A stretch of DNA of 64,000 bases from a virus, in the IMG/VR virus record IMGVR_UViG_3300010376_000036, positions 4,018-68,017 of that record, one strand, 5' to 3'. The notes under the pieces were generated by a model, which saw nothing but the letters and a program-made list of their open reading frames with translations, was not told where the DNA came from and did not search any database. Position numbers and translations under genes: made by a program. Positions 26,782-36,420 of this stretch are shown piece by piece. Within the stretch, counting starts at the first letter, position 1. The number at the start of each line of letters is the position of its first letter.

Positions 26782-27138
26782 ATGTTACGCCAGATAGCGA
26801 CCTTTATTACGGTGATCGACGTGATTGTGCGCTTGGGGTATGAACCCCGGAAACATTTGACGTGGGCGGTGGGCGCTCAGATGGCGGACTGGTACACGCG
26901 CAACTGCGGGCATGCGCCGCCCAAAGATTTACGGGCCAAGACGAACGGGGAAGGCGGGAGCCATTGTTTTGCGCATTATCCGGAATGTTTTTTTAAGGTG
27001 ATAGAAGGTTTTGTGCGGCTGTACGACTTTGAGCGCGCGCGTCAGGGTGAACTCACTTTTGGCCACGGGGAAGGGATTCGGATCGATTACAGTTCCTGGG
27101 ATAACGATGGGGAAGGGGAGGAAGGGGCCGCAGGGTGA
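26782..27138 (+). CDS. Hypothetical protein
   Basis: 118 aa; GSHCFAHYP motif. Confidence 0.6.
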   Translation: MLRQIATFITVIDVIVRLGYEPRKHLTWAVGAQMADWYTRNCGHAPPKDLRAKTNGEGGSHCFAHYPECFFKVIEGFVRLYDFERARQGELTFGHGEGIRIDYSSWDNDGEGEEGAAG

Positions 27139-27482
27139 ACACGTTAAACTACGGGTCGATTGACCCGTGTCCGTACTGCGGGTGTGTGGGCTACCACCAA
27201 TGGGCTGGGGCTGGGGGTTGTCCGGGGGCGGTGAGCGAACGTGACCCCGATCAGGTGGCGGCCGGAGCGATTCGGGCGGTGGTGACGGGCTCGAGTGCGT
27301 TGGTTTTGGAGGTGGCAACGCTTAAAGCCCAGCTGGCTCAGCTCGACGAGCATTACACTGGGCGGGTGCTGGAGCTCGCAAACCTTTGTGCGCGGGCGGC
27401 CGACGCGATCACCGAGCATTGCGTAGACGGGTTCTGGGACTGTAACGAGCTGCTTAAAGAACTCCGGGACGCGGCTAAATGA
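27135..27482 (+). CDS. Hypothetical protein
   Basis: Coupled ORF with CPYCG. Confidence 0.5.
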   Translation: MNTLNYGSIDPCPYCGCVGYHQWAGAGGCPGAVSERDPDQVAAGAIRAVVTGSSALVLEVATLKAQLAQLDEHYTGRVLELANLCARAADAITEHCVDGFWDCNELLKELRDAAK

Positions 27483-27664
27483 ACGCGCTTGATTTACTTG
27501 GGTTTGTTTGGGTGCTGGCTTTATGTTTCTGGACCTGCGCGCTTTTGGTGTACTCGATGTATCTGGTCCGCTTAGCGATTTGTTTACGCACGAAAGAGGA
27601 GGAACGCCGTGGGTGGGAGGCATTTGAGCGTTTGGAAGCGCGGCAACGGGCCAAATGGAATTAA
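27479..27664 (+). CDS. Small membrane protein
   Basis: Hydrophobic N-terminal half. Confidence 0.5.
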   Translation: MNALDLLGFVWVLALCFWTCALLVYSMYLVRLAICLRTKEEERRGWEAFERLEARQRAKWN

Positions 27665-28016
27665 ACGCCGCTGCACCCGCCTTTGAAGGAGCCGCTGCCG
27701 AAATTCTCGTCCCCGTACCACGCGTCCCAGGAAACGAAATAAGTCCAGGGCCCGGTCAGACTGGGGCCTTTAAGCGCGGAGAGATTGTAGGCGGGCTGAT
27801 AAGGTTTTTGGTTCCAACAACTGGTCGCAAAAGCGCGGGTATTTACGCCCGAAAGCGTAAAAGGTTGCGTAAGTGCCCGATTTAGGAAAGGCCTCGGCTG
27901 CGCAACGTTGCCCATAAACCGTGGGTAAGGCAGCGTGGGCCGGAAATGGACCGGGCCGAATCCGGTAGCGCAAACCTTGCGAAACGGATCACTGCAGATG
28001 TTGCCTCGGGATATAC

Positions 28017-28412
28017 TCACGGGGTTTGGAGCGTAATCTGGTTGCCGCTCTTGGCTGTCACGTACATCGAGCCGGCCACACTCCCGCCGCCGGCTCCGGC
28101 CACGACCACCATTTGCCCGATCACCACCCAGGACGCGTCGCCCAGGGTGACGGAAACAGTCGAACCGCTCGCGGGCACGGTAAACGAGCCGGTAGTCGTG
28201 TTAAAAGCGTCTTTGCCGGCCGGACCCTGCGGGACACTTGCTGCGACGGTGACATCGCCGGTCCCGCTATCCGCACCGGTTGAGGAGAGGGTGATCCCGG
28301 CGCCCTGGACCAACTTGGTGACCAACGCTTGGCCGACGGTAGAGGTGTCCAGGTCCTGTCGCTGGATGGTATTGTTAAGGACCTGGGAACCTCTGACCTG
28401 GGTTTGCGCCAT
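28017..28412 (-). CDS. Virion fibre/decoration-associated protein
   Basis: Shares an N-terminus with the 28419 protein and a C-terminal domain with the 36421 protein. Confidence 0.7.
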   Translation of the reverse strand: MAQTQVRGSQVLNNTIQRQDLDTSTVGQALVTKLVQGAGITLSSTGADSGTGDVTVAASVPQGPAGKDAFNTTTGSFTVPASGSTVSVTLGDASWVVIGQMVVVAGAGGGSVAGSMYVTAKSGNQITLQTP

Positions 28413-28418
28413 ACAAAG

Positions 28419-29441
28419 CTACTTGCGATAATTGACTCGTAACCTGTCCCCGGTCAACGGTGCGGCCAACATGGTGATGGTGGCAGAAGCAATGGTGTAA
28501 TCGTTCCCCGCCCCCGGTTCCTGAAGGAGACCGTTTAAGAACACTTCTTCGGTGCCAGCCGTAGGCGTGGCAGCCAGGGTAAAAGTGACGTTGCTGCCGT
28601 TGACCAAACCGGTCGGTGTTTCGCGCGTCACGATATTAGTGCTCCCTAAGTAGGTACCGGTTTTAACTCCGAGCAGATTGGTGCTGATCTGCATGGTCGA
28701 GGCGTCGATGTTAACCCCGATCCCGGCGGCGACCACGGTGATCGCCCGTGCCGGATCCAGCTTGGCCTGGATGGAATCGGCGTTAACGGTCATCGAGTTG
28801 TCGGCCGCGACCACGTCAATGGTTTGCCCGGTGCGAAGGAGCCCCGCCCCGGCAATGATATCGCTTGGCCCGGGGAGCTGCGTGAACGTGATATTGCTCG
28901 TGCCCAGCGTCCCGCCGGCATCGGCGGTGGAAAGCCAGACCGTATCATGATTGGTCGTGCCCTCCTGAACCGAGACAAAGGTGCCGGGTATTTCAGCCCA
29001 GGTATCCATCGGGGTCGCCCGGGTCCAGGCACCGCTCGCAACTACGTAAAGGCCGTTAGTCGGCACACTGGTCTGATCTTTGACCAGCACAACGTTGCCG
29101 ACGGCCAGGGCAACCCCGTCAACGGTCTGCGTCCCTGAGAGAGTCAGATTAGCGCCTGTGCTCGCCGCTCGAGCCGTGGTCGAAGAAGTGACCCCGCCGG
29201 CATTGGCCAATACCCAGGCTCGAGTCGCGGCATCCTGCGGGTTCACCGGGTCAGTCACGTTGGTGATGGTGTGGCTGCCTAAATTGAGCGAGGCCGTCAT
29301 CGCGACCGACCCGTCGCTTTTGACAAATAGCGCGCCGTCCTGCAGCTTGGAAGTCTGGATTCCGGCAGCAGCTTGAACCTGGGCGTCGGCAATCGTCCCA
29401 GCCTGAATCTGGGTGGTGCCGCGAATCTGGGTACTGGCCAT
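28419..29441 (-). CDS. Virion fibre/head-decoration protein
   Basis: DPVNPQDAATR, LSGTQTVDGVAL..VLVKDQT..NGLYVVASGAWTRA, and a C-terminal ETPTG..NG.N..FTL domain. Confidence 0.75.
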   Translation of the reverse strand: MASTQIRGTTQIQAGTIADAQVQAAAGIQTSKLQDGALFVKSDGSVAMTASLNLGSHTITNVTDPVNPQDAATRAWVLANAGGVTSSTTARAASTGANLTLSGTQTVDGVALAVGNVVLVKDQTSVPTNGLYVVASGAWTRATPMDTWAEIPGTFVSVQEGTTNHDTVWLSTADAGGTLGTSNITFTQLPGPSDIIAGAGLLRTGQTIDVVAADNSMTVNADSIQAKLDPARAITVVAAGIGVNIDASTMQISTNLLGVKTGTYLGSTNIVTRETPTGLVNGSNVTFTLAATPTAGTEEVFLNGLLQEPGAGNDYTIASATITMLAAPLTGDRLRVNYRK

Positions 29442-29450
29442 ATGAAACTC

Positions 29451-29933
29451 CTAAGGTTGGACGTAATCGACTGAAAGACTGTCTCCGGAGAGCGGAGCAG
29501 CGAGAAACCCGAAACTGTTCGCGCCGGTCTCGTTGTAATCGGCACCCCGGCGCAGCCGTAACCCGTTCAAGTACACGGCTAAGAGGCCCGCCCGATAAGC
29601 GTTTGTCGTGGTGAAAGCCGTGTTCGCGCCATTGATGGCCCCGGTTGGGGTCTCGCCCCAGACCATGACCAGCGCCCCGGCGGCCGGTGTTCCGGGAACC
29701 CCTTGCGGACCTTGGGGGCCTTGCGGACCCGCAGGCCCCTGGACACCCGGAGGTCCCGCAGGGCCGGATGGTCCCTGAACCCCAGGAGGTCCTGCCGGGC
29801 CGGGTGGCCCCTGGATAACGACCGGCGGCGGCACGGCGGCAATTACAGGTTTAGCAAACCCGCTGAACCCTTTGCAGCCGGAGTACGGCGACTTGAAGAG
29901 CACACTTTGCACGAATGGAACGTCTTCTACCAT
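29451..29933 (-). CDS. Collagen-like virion protein
   Basis: Gly-X-Y run plus an [15 protein letters not shown] domain. Confidence 0.75.
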   Translation of the reverse strand: MVEDVPFVQSVLFKSPYSGCKGFSGFAKPVIAAVPPPVVIQGPPGPAGPPGVQGPSGPAGPPGVQGPAGPQGPQGPQGVPGTPAAGALVMVWGETPTGAINGANTAFTTTNAYRAGLLAVYLNGLRLRRGADYNETGANSFGFLAAPLSGDSLSVDYVQP

Positions 29934-30175
29934 TTGACTTTGCGGCGCGGTGCTGGTCGAAGCTCTGTCTCAGGCACGGCTTCAATAGTTTCCCAAGGCA
30001 TTTCGTTGGCGTGATTTGGGTTGGGATCATAATCAGCCAGAAAGTATTTGACCCAGATCGTGCCGTCATCGCACAGGGCAAAAAGCGACGTATGAGTGCG
30101 TGTTTCCAAGAAGATTTGGATTACCTTGCGCGGCGCAGATTGAGGAGGACCGGGTTTTGTCTCTGGACCGTTCAT
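29927..30175 (-). CDS. Hypothetical protein
   Basis: KVIQI...[11 protein letters not shown] motif. Confidence 0.6.
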   Translation of the reverse strand: MNGPETKPGPPQSAPRKVIQIFLETRTHTSLFALCDDGTIWVKYFLADYDPNPNHANEMPWETIEAVPETELRPAPRRKVKW

Positions 30176-30368
30176 TTTGCGCTAAAAAGAAAAGGCGTCG
30201 AGGGGAGGGTTACCCCTCCCAGGAGCCCGTTCACGCTTTTAAACTGGGTGTGAATCCAGTGCAGATACGCTCTCTTGTCTCGACGTTGGATAGAGCCCCG
30301 GCACTCACCGGGGCTCCGGCTATCTACCAATATTTGACAGTTACGCTGAACCCACACGGGCTCGCATT

Positions 30369-30467
30369 TTAGGGTTGCATATCGAAGATGTTTAGCAACT
30401 CCAGAAACCCGATCAGCGCCAGATAGATGACGAGACAGACCAGTAGCACTTTGAGCCACAAGGGCAT
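30369..30467 (-). CDS. 32-aa membrane micropeptide in the lysis region
   Basis: MPLWLKVLLVCLVIYLALIGFLELLNIFDMQP. Confidence 0.45.
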   Translation of the reverse strand: MPLWLKVLLVCLVIYLALIGFLELLNIFDMQP

Positions 30468-30515
30468 ACTGTGCCATACGGGTGTGCGCATCGTTTCTTA
30501 AGCACTTGGGGCGGC

Positions 30516-30860
30516 TCACGGTGGTGCTCCTCGCATTTGTTCCTGGGTTTTCAACCGATCCAAACGCACCGCGATCTCGTGGATTTCCGCTAAAAGCTTC
30601 GAATCGCTCTGGAGCATTCGCTGCTGATTGTCTAAAGCCTGATCCTGCCACCGTTTGAAATCGTCCAGCTCACTGTGCAACTCCCGAATCCGGCGTAACC
30701 CTTCCTGTTGTTCACCTGAAAGCTGGGTATTGCCTTGATGGGTGCCCAGCAGATTCAGGCCACCGGAGGCAATAATTAAGGCAACGGTGGGCCATGAAAG
30801 CGCTGCTTTCCCGTTACTAGCGGTATTCGCATGTCCGGGGACGTTGTCGGCGGCGGCCAT
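30516..30860 (-). CDS. Membrane-anchored coiled-coil protein (holin/spanin candidate)
   Basis: One TM segment plus coiled coil, directly after the endolysin. Confidence 0.55.
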   Translation of the reverse strand: MAAADNVPGHANTASNGKAALSWPTVALIIASGGLNLLGTHQGNTQLSGEQQEGLRRIRELHSELDDFKRWQDQALDNQQRMLQSDSKLLAEIHEIAVRLDRLKTQEQMRGAPP

Positions 30861-30864
30861 GAAG

Positions 30865-31413
30865 TCATTTGCGGGGTTCGGTGTGCCAGCCCAGATGGTT
30901 GGTGATGCCGGTGTAAATGGCTTTTGCCAGAGTCTCCTGGTACTCGGCGCTCGCCAGTAACGATTCGGTGTGCGGATGAGAAATAAACCCGACCTCGACG
31001 AGGATGGCTGGCATCAGGGTCGCGTTGAGCACGTAGAGATCGCTGCGATGTTTTACGGATCGGTCAACGTCCCCGGTTGCCGCGATCATGGCTTCCTGCA
31101 CCGGCAGGGCGAGCGCTTTGCCTTTCTCGGATTTGTAGAGGGTCTCAATCCCGGCCGCACTGGGTCCGTTGGAGTTGGCGTGGACGCTGACGAAATAGTT
31201 CGCGCCCCAGTCGTTGGCGATTTCGCAACGAGCCCCGAGCTCGATAAAAACCTCTTGCGCCCTGGTCAAGAGGGTCGAGATCCGCGCTTTTTCCAAAAAA
31301 TCAGCTAACAGGCGGCTGATCTCCAGGACGATCAGGCTTTCGGCGTGTCCCTTCGGGCCGACGGCACCCGGATCTTTCGGCATTCCGTGTCCAGGATCGA
31401 TGCAGATTTTCAT
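30865..31413 (-). CDS. N-acetylmuramoyl-L-alanine amidase (Amidase_3) endolysin
   Basis: ICIDPGHG..DPGAVG...E...FVSVHANS...LYVL..T.MPAILVEVGFISH. Confidence 0.93.
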   Translation of the reverse strand: MKICIDPGHGMPKDPGAVGPKGHAESLIVLEISRLLADFLEKARISTLLTRAQEVFIELGARCEIANDWGANYFVSVHANSNGPSAAGIETLYKSEKGKALALPVQEAMIAATGDVDRSVKHRSDLYVLNATLMPAILVEVGFISHPHTESLLASAEYQETLAKAIYTGITNHLGWHTEPRK

Positions 31414-31640
31414 AACGGCCAAGTTTGCATTGCCCGCCACAGGTCGGTTTTGCCAATGGGTGGCGGGAGCCATTGGGTTCCGGTATCCGGGGTTTGCGGG
31501 TAGAGATACGAGTAGGGGAGCATGACCCAGCAGCCTTCTTCACGGTCAAGATATTTGTAGGCAATCGGGGCCGGGACATTGATGTGTTGCGGCTGGTTCT
31601 GGCCGCAGTAGCTCCCAACTATGGCAGGGTATCGTTGCAT
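31410..31640 (-). CDS. Hypothetical protein
   Basis: Coupled to the amidase start. Confidence 0.45.
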   Translation of the reverse strand: MQRYPAIVGSYCGQNQPQHINVPAPIAYKYLDREEGCWVMLPYSYLYPQTPDTGTQWLPPPIGKTDLWRAMQTWPL

Positions 31641-31819
31641 GAGGAGGGATCGAACTTTTCGGTTCTGGCTACAGCTTCCAGGATTTCTTCGAACTCAGGG
31701 TACGACAAACTCAAGAGCTCTGCGCCGCCCGGTGCGCTAAAGCGGATTCCTCCTGGCGAAATATCCACCACGCAACTGCGCAGTTCGACCGTGGTATGGG
31801 TCATAGGGCGTATCTCCAT
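31619..31819 (-). CDS. Hypothetical protein
   Basis: 66-aa ORF. Confidence 0.45.
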   Translation of the reverse strand: MEIRPMTHTTVELRSCVVDISPGGIRFSAPGGAELLSLSYPEFEEILEAVARTEKFDPSSCNDTLP

Positions 31820-32280
31820 TTTAAACCTGCGCAGGTTTTCTTGACTCCGCGTACCGCAGCTGAAATCCGACTCTGATCGCGCCCATAAGCACGAGCTGCT
31901 GCGACGATGCTTTCAAATCGTTCGCCTTTCTCGTTTATGACAGACTTTTTCGGCGCTCGTCTTCGGCGAGTGTTTTCAGCCCTGGTGATGAACTCGCAAT
32001 TGGCGGGCTCATAGTGACCGTCTGGATCAATCCGCTCGATGGTCAACTCATCCGTGTATCCGTGAGTCAGTGCCCAGTTGGCAAACGCAGTGAAGTCCAT
32101 CCATTCTTCGCAAACGCGAATACCGCGACCGCCGTAACGGGGATAGCATTTTACCTTTGGATAACAACATCGTCCAAGCATGCTAACCCATGTTTGGTAG
32201 AGTCTGCTGTGACGTAGACCATGCTTGTATTGGCCATGTTTTGACCCGCGTGCGTGATGGTCGTGTACTCCGCTTGGCAT
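31801..32280 (-). CDS. HNH-type homing endonuclease with NUMOD1-like C-terminus
   Basis: RLYQTWVSM..RC....YGGRGIRVCEEW...LTIERIDPDGHYEPANC; FESIVAAARAYG. Confidence 0.85.
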   Translation of the reverse strand: MPSGVHDHHARGSKHGQYKHGLRHSRLYQTWVSMLGRCCYPKVKCYPRYGGRGIRVCEEWMDFTAFANWALTHGYTDELTIERIDPDGHYEPANCEFITRAENTRRRRAPKKSVINEKGERFESIVAAARAYGRDQSRISAAVRGVKKTCAGLKWRYAL

Positions 32281-32453
32281 TAGTGGAAAGATTTTAGGGT
32301 TTTTGCAAGCCTCGCTTTCTGGCCGATCTTGCCCGGTTTCTTTGCCGCAGCGTCCAGTTTTTTCGCCGGAATGCCATCTTTAGCTCCCAACGCTTTCCTC
32401 AAACTTCCGGGCCGTTTTATAGCTCCGGCGATCCATTTCTTTTTTTCAGCCAT
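32280..32453 (-). CDS. 57-aa basic phage protein (below the ORF-track cutoff)
   Basis: MAEKKKWIAGAIKRPGSLRKALGAKDGIPAKKLDAAAKKPGKIGQKARLAKTLKSFH; GGAGG SD. Confidence 0.75.
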   Translation of the reverse strand: MAEKKKWIAGAIKRPGSLRKALGAKDGIPAKKLDAAAKKPGKIGQKARLAKTLKSFH

Positions 32454-32545
32454 TGTGTTGTCCTCCTGCTATGTAGCGGGCCAGGAACCGGACTCCGGCT
32501 CCGACAAGGCCCACTACGCAAAGCCAGATGATGATGTCCATGTCG

Positions 32546-32845
32546 CTATTTCGTCGGTGCATAGTTTGGTGGCGCGGGTGCTAAAGCGCCTCCGGTCACC
32601 ATGTAGGCCCGGTTGTCGTTATCCAGGAAGTAGATGTTCCCATCACTTCCCTTGAACGCTCTGAGCTGTACCGGGTCCGGGGTATCGGGCGTGGTCCCCG
32701 GACTGCCCCGGTTGATGTTGCCCACTTTGCCGCTTAGCATCGCGACTTGCCCGTTACCGGTATAGGAACCCCAGGCAGCAGAGACGCCTGGATCGGCTGC
32801 TCCGGGTCCGTCTTCCCACGGGGGTGGATAGGTTACAGTTGGCAT
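32546..32845 (-). CDS. Pro/Gly-rich hypothetical protein
   Basis: 99 aa in a tight operon. Confidence 0.6.
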   Translation of the reverse strand: MPTVTYPPPWEDGPGAADPGVSAAWGSYTGNGQVAMLSGKVGNINRGSPGTTPDTPDPVQLRAFKGSDGNIYFLDNDNRAYMVTGGALAPAPPNYAPTK

Positions 32846-32850
32846 AAGCT

Positions 32851-33057
32851 TCAGGGGCGGAAGGTTTGGTTGATCGCGGCGGTCTGGTTCTGGCCAGCAT
32901 ACGCGTAATCGTATTCTTTGAGCCTGAGCCCGGCTTCCTGATAGGTGCCGGCCGGCAATGGCGGCCCGACTGTCATCTTGTAGGTAAGCGGCACGAACGG
33001 CGGCTGTTTGCCGACGTTCGCGGGTTCCATGGTCGCGGGTAACGCTTTCTTTGGCAT
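32851..33057 (-). CDS. Pro-rich hypothetical protein
   Basis: 68 aa. Confidence 0.55.
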   Translation of the reverse strand: MPKKALPATMEPANVGKQPPFVPLTYKMTVGPPLPAGTYQEAGLRLKEYDYAYAGQNQTAAINQTFRP

Positions 33058-33061
33058 AGTC

Positions 33062-33259
33062 TTAGTTCCCCCAGCCTCCTCTAACGATTGTTGGTGTCAC
33101 TACGGTCCCGAGTCCGTCGATATAATTCTTGCCAGCAATCGGGAAGGTCTGCGTTGGGGTTGGGCTTCCCGCGTGTGACAAGACTTCCCAGGGTTTGGTC
33201 GAGACCGGCAATTGCTGGAAAGCGGTTGAACCGGCAGTGGGTGGACTGATTGTTTGCAT
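33062..33259 (-). CDS. Pro/Thr-rich hypothetical protein
   Basis: 65 aa; QLPVSTKPWEV motif. Confidence 0.55.
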   Translation of the reverse strand: MQTISPPTAGSTAFQQLPVSTKPWEVLSHAGSPTPTQTFPIAGKNYIDGLGTVVTPTIVRGGWGN

Positions 33260-33266
33260 GGCTTCC

Positions 33267-33653
33267 TTAATATGGTGGCGTACCTTGGGGGCCGGGTCCG
33301 AGAATCGGGGCTGGGCTGATTGCGCTGGTCTTGGGATCGGCCTTGATTGGGCCGACTTCCCAAGGCTTGGTCATGGCCGGCAGCTGGTTAGCCGCACCCT
33401 GGTTCTGGCCATTGGCACCGACCGGCATCTTTTGGGGGTAAAAGGTGCTCTTGTACGGATGCGCCGGGGCCGGAGGCGAGGTCGAGATGTTGCCGGTCTG
33501 GGTGCTCCCATAGGGGAAGGGATTCAGGATCGGCCCGAGTTCGGGGTTCGTCACTGGGTACCCGCCTGAGCTGGGCGGCCAAGTGGGGAATGGCGGCGGA
33601 TAAGGTGCGGCCGCCTGCGTACTCACATCGAGTGATTGATCGGTTGCGTTCAT
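33267..33653 (-). CDS. Pro-rich hypothetical protein
   Basis: 128 aa; QLPAMTKPWEV motif. Confidence 0.55.
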   Translation of the reverse strand: MNATDQSLDVSTQAAAPYPPPFPTWPPSSGGYPVTNPELGPILNPFPYGSTQTGNISTSPPAPAHPYKSTFYPQKMPVGANGQNQGAANQLPAMTKPWEVGPIKADPKTSAISPAPILGPGPQGTPPY

Positions 33654-33660
33654 AAAGTTT

Positions 33661-34908
33661 TTACCAGCCGGTGTCGGCGGTGTAGTGGTATCGGATGAAA
33701 TTATTTGCCACCCCGCTAGCTATTAAAACAATTTGCATGAGGCTCGACTCATCGGCGTAGGCAGTAGTTACGGCCCGGTCAACATTAGCGCCGGTATCCC
33801 GCACATTATTGCTAGCCCCGCTCTCACTCCAGATTACCATAGTGGGCGCTTTAGCCATCCGTTTGCTGAAGATGGTCCCAGGAAGAGTAGATAAAGCATT
33901 TGCCGGAGTTAGTGTACTTAAGGCACCAGCATAAGTAGCATTACCCGGCTTAGTGCCATAGGAATAGGTCTTCTGAAAATACCTTTGACACTCATCCAGA
34001 TTCCGGCTGAACGGGAGGTCGATCAGGTCGGTATTGCTGCCGGGGCAATGCTGGACAAAACAAACATCAAAGATGGCCCCGGCAGTAGCCATGAAATTGT
34101 CCTGGCCTAATGCGCCCCAAGCCGCACTGCTTGCTATCCAGCTATCGTTTGCGCTTGGAACAGCATTGCTACCGGCAGCCAAAATGATTCCTAAATAATA
34201 AGCCACCGTCCCTGGTGCGCTGTTCCAAGTAGCGCTCGACGTCCAAACCGGCAAACTGGGCAAGGTGATCAGCTGCACGTTATTCGCGCCAGCATTGAAC
34301 GTGCATAATTTACACAGAGAATAAATTGTGCCGGTGGCGCTTTGTAAAATCAGCCCGAATTTAAATGGGCTCACCGATGAGCGTACCAGCAAACTCACCG
34401 AATGAACATCGGATGAAAGTTCTCTCCAAAGAGGCCCTTCGACTGCTTGGTAAACACCCACATTGTCACTGGCCGCTAAACTAGCTTTAGCCGTATTGAC
34501 TGTGAACCTGATATAATTATTTGTGATCCCGAAATTGGTTCCCGGTATCGTAAACGGACCAGAAATCGTGGTGGCTCGTTGTGCCGTACAAGCCAAGTTC
34601 GTATTGGTGGCAGTCCATCTATCCTCGATAAAAGCGCCATTGGCAGGCGTAGCAATCGCATTGCCAATGTTCCTTTGCGCTACTTCCATTGAGGGGTTGC
34701 CAATACTTGAGAACGACCTGAGTCTGACTGACGTGATGGCTGATTGCGGCACCAGGATCCGGTTATCGCTGCCGATAACGGCGATGTTGCCAGCGTCCGC
34801 GCTGACCACGGTAGGTCCCTGCAAGCCTTGGACGCCTTGGGCGCCTCCGGGGCCGATCACGCTGCCGATTGCGACGTTGCTGCCTGGGACTGCGATGGGG
34901 TTGGCCAT
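33661..34908 (-). CDS. Tail fibre/receptor-binding protein, paralog 1
   Basis: GNPSMEVAQR..DRW...Q.VEG...ECQRYFQKTY...HYTADTGW. Confidence 0.75.
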   Translation of the reverse strand: MANPIAVPGSNVAIGSVIGPGGAQGVQGLQGPTVVSADAGNIAVIGSDNRILVPQSAITSVRLRSFSSIGNPSMEVAQRNIGNAIATPANGAFIEDRWTATNTNLACTAQRATTISGPFTIPGTNFGITNNYIRFTVNTAKASLAASDNVGVYQAVEGPLWRELSSDVHSVSLLVRSSVSPFKFGLILQSATGTIYSLCKLCTFNAGANNVQLITLPSLPVWTSSATWNSAPGTVAYYLGIILAAGSNAVPSANDSWIASSAAWGALGQDNFMATAGAIFDVCFVQHCPGSNTDLIDLPFSRNLDECQRYFQKTYSYGTKPGNATYAGALSTLTPANALSTLPGTIFSKRMAKAPTMVIWSESGASNNVRDTGANVDRAVTTAYADESSLMQIVLIASGVANNFIRYHYTADTGW

Positions 34909-34914
34909 AGGTGT

Positions 34915-36414
34915 TTACCAGCCGGTGTCGGCGGTGTAGTGGAAACTGTAATAGGTTGCGGCGGCATTCGTACTGCCCAAACTCCAGCCGCTAAAACCGG
35001 AGTCGCCTGCCGGGGTATATAAGCTGCTCGCAGCTCGATCAACTGCAGCGCTGACATCACGCACATTGCCCACAGCTCCAGTGGCACCCGAATAAGCGTT
35101 AATCGTTGGCGCTTTGGCCATGATTTTCTTGTAGCTGATCGGGCACACCAGATTAGCGCCTGCCACAACAACCGCCGCAATTGCGCCATTATAAGTGACC
35201 GTCCCGGCCTTGGTCCCGTAGTCAAACGTCTTCTGATAATAGCGAGTACAGCCAAAAGGCCCATCCAGATTCTGCCCAAACGGGAGGTCGATCAGGTCGG
35301 TATTGCTGCCGGGGCAGTGCTGGATAAACCCGCAATAGAAATTCGTATTTACGGCTTGAGCTGCGAGGTTATCCATTCCAGACGCACCAATGTACACAGC
35401 GTTTTGCCAAACATCCGCAGCAGGCGCGATCTTTGACGAACCTGCCGCCAGACATATATCCAATACATAGCCCACCGCACCTGGGGCACTTGAGAAATTG
35501 GCGCTCGGGAAAGCCGGAATATTTGACCAAGTCAACAAGGTCCAGGTATTTGCGGTAGGGATAGTAAACAGGTGTACAATTGATTTAGTGCCAGGATTAT
35601 CACGAATGGCCACACTAAATTTGAGTGGAGCGACAGCGCTGTTAACCAATAAAGCTAAACTGTGAACATCTCCTTTAAGTTCCCGCCATAGTGGACCCTC
35701 TACGACTTGCTCCAAAACTGTATTGTCACTACTGCCAAGTGAAGCTTGCTGACCAGACAACTGTATCAACAAGCCGTTCCGACTAATAATAAAATTAGTA
35801 TTCGGCACATATACATCAATAGCTTGTTGTTGAGTGTTCCAGGTCATGGTGCCACTTTTCCATAAGGCCCAGCGATCACACGCCCAGGTATTGGAATTAG
35901 CAATCAAGGTACTCGCGTTCTTCTGATCCACCTCGAAATTCGGGTTTCCAAGACTTGAAATGCTACGGAGTCTGACCGCCGTGATGGTTGGGGTAACGGC
36001 AGTAACCAGATTCCGGCTATTGTTGGTCCCGTCCACGAAATCTCCGGTACTGCCGCTGACTTGCCGCAAGAGTCCTGACTGGGTCGAATCGGCTAGGGGG
36101 ATCGCGGGAGCAGCCGCCGGATTGAGCAGGGTCACGTTGTTGCCCGCGATTGCCGTGATCTGTAAGAGGCCTGCTACGCCAGCGCCTCCGGCGTTGTTAA
36201 CGTAAACGAACTCATTGACCATCATCCAGCTCGCGTCAGCAACGGTGATTCCGACTGTGTTACCGACTGCCGGGACCGTGAACGCGATGGTGTTGGTAGT
36301 CGCGCTATTTGCACCAGCTGCACCAGTCGCCCCGGTTACCCCTTGGGCGCCGCCGGGAGAAACGGCTGCGCCTGCCGGTACATTGGTTCCAGGAAGAGCG
36401 ACGGGATTAGCCAT
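34915..36414 (-). CDS. Tail fibre/receptor-binding protein, paralog 2
   Basis: Same architecture and same C-terminus as the 33661 protein. Confidence 0.75.
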   Translation of the reverse strand: MANPVALPGTNVPAGAAVSPGGAQGVTGATGAAGANSATTNTIAFTVPAVGNTVGITVADASWMMVNEFVYVNNAGGAGVAGLLQITAIAGNNVTLLNPAAAPAIPLADSTQSGLLRQVSGSTGDFVDGTNNSRNLVTAVTPTITAVRLRSISSLGNPNFEVDQKNASTLIANSNTWACDRWALWKSGTMTWNTQQQAIDVYVPNTNFIISRNGLLIQLSGQQASLGSSDNTVLEQVVEGPLWRELKGDVHSLALLVNSAVAPLKFSVAIRDNPGTKSIVHLFTIPTANTWTLLTWSNIPAFPSANFSSAPGAVGYVLDICLAAGSSKIAPAADVWQNAVYIGASGMDNLAAQAVNTNFYCGFIQHCPGSNTDLIDLPFGQNLDGPFGCTRYYQKTFDYGTKAGTVTYNGAIAAVVVAGANLVCPISYKKIMAKAPTINAYSGATGAVGNVRDVSAAVDRAASSLYTPAGDSGFSGWSLGSTNAAATYYSFHYTADTGW

Positions 36415-36420
36415 AGGGCC

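Noticed and set aside
33660-35316. Diversity-generating retroelement TR/VR pair
   Set aside because: No reverse transcriptase in the window. The shared blocks are short exact identities without adenine-specific mismatches.
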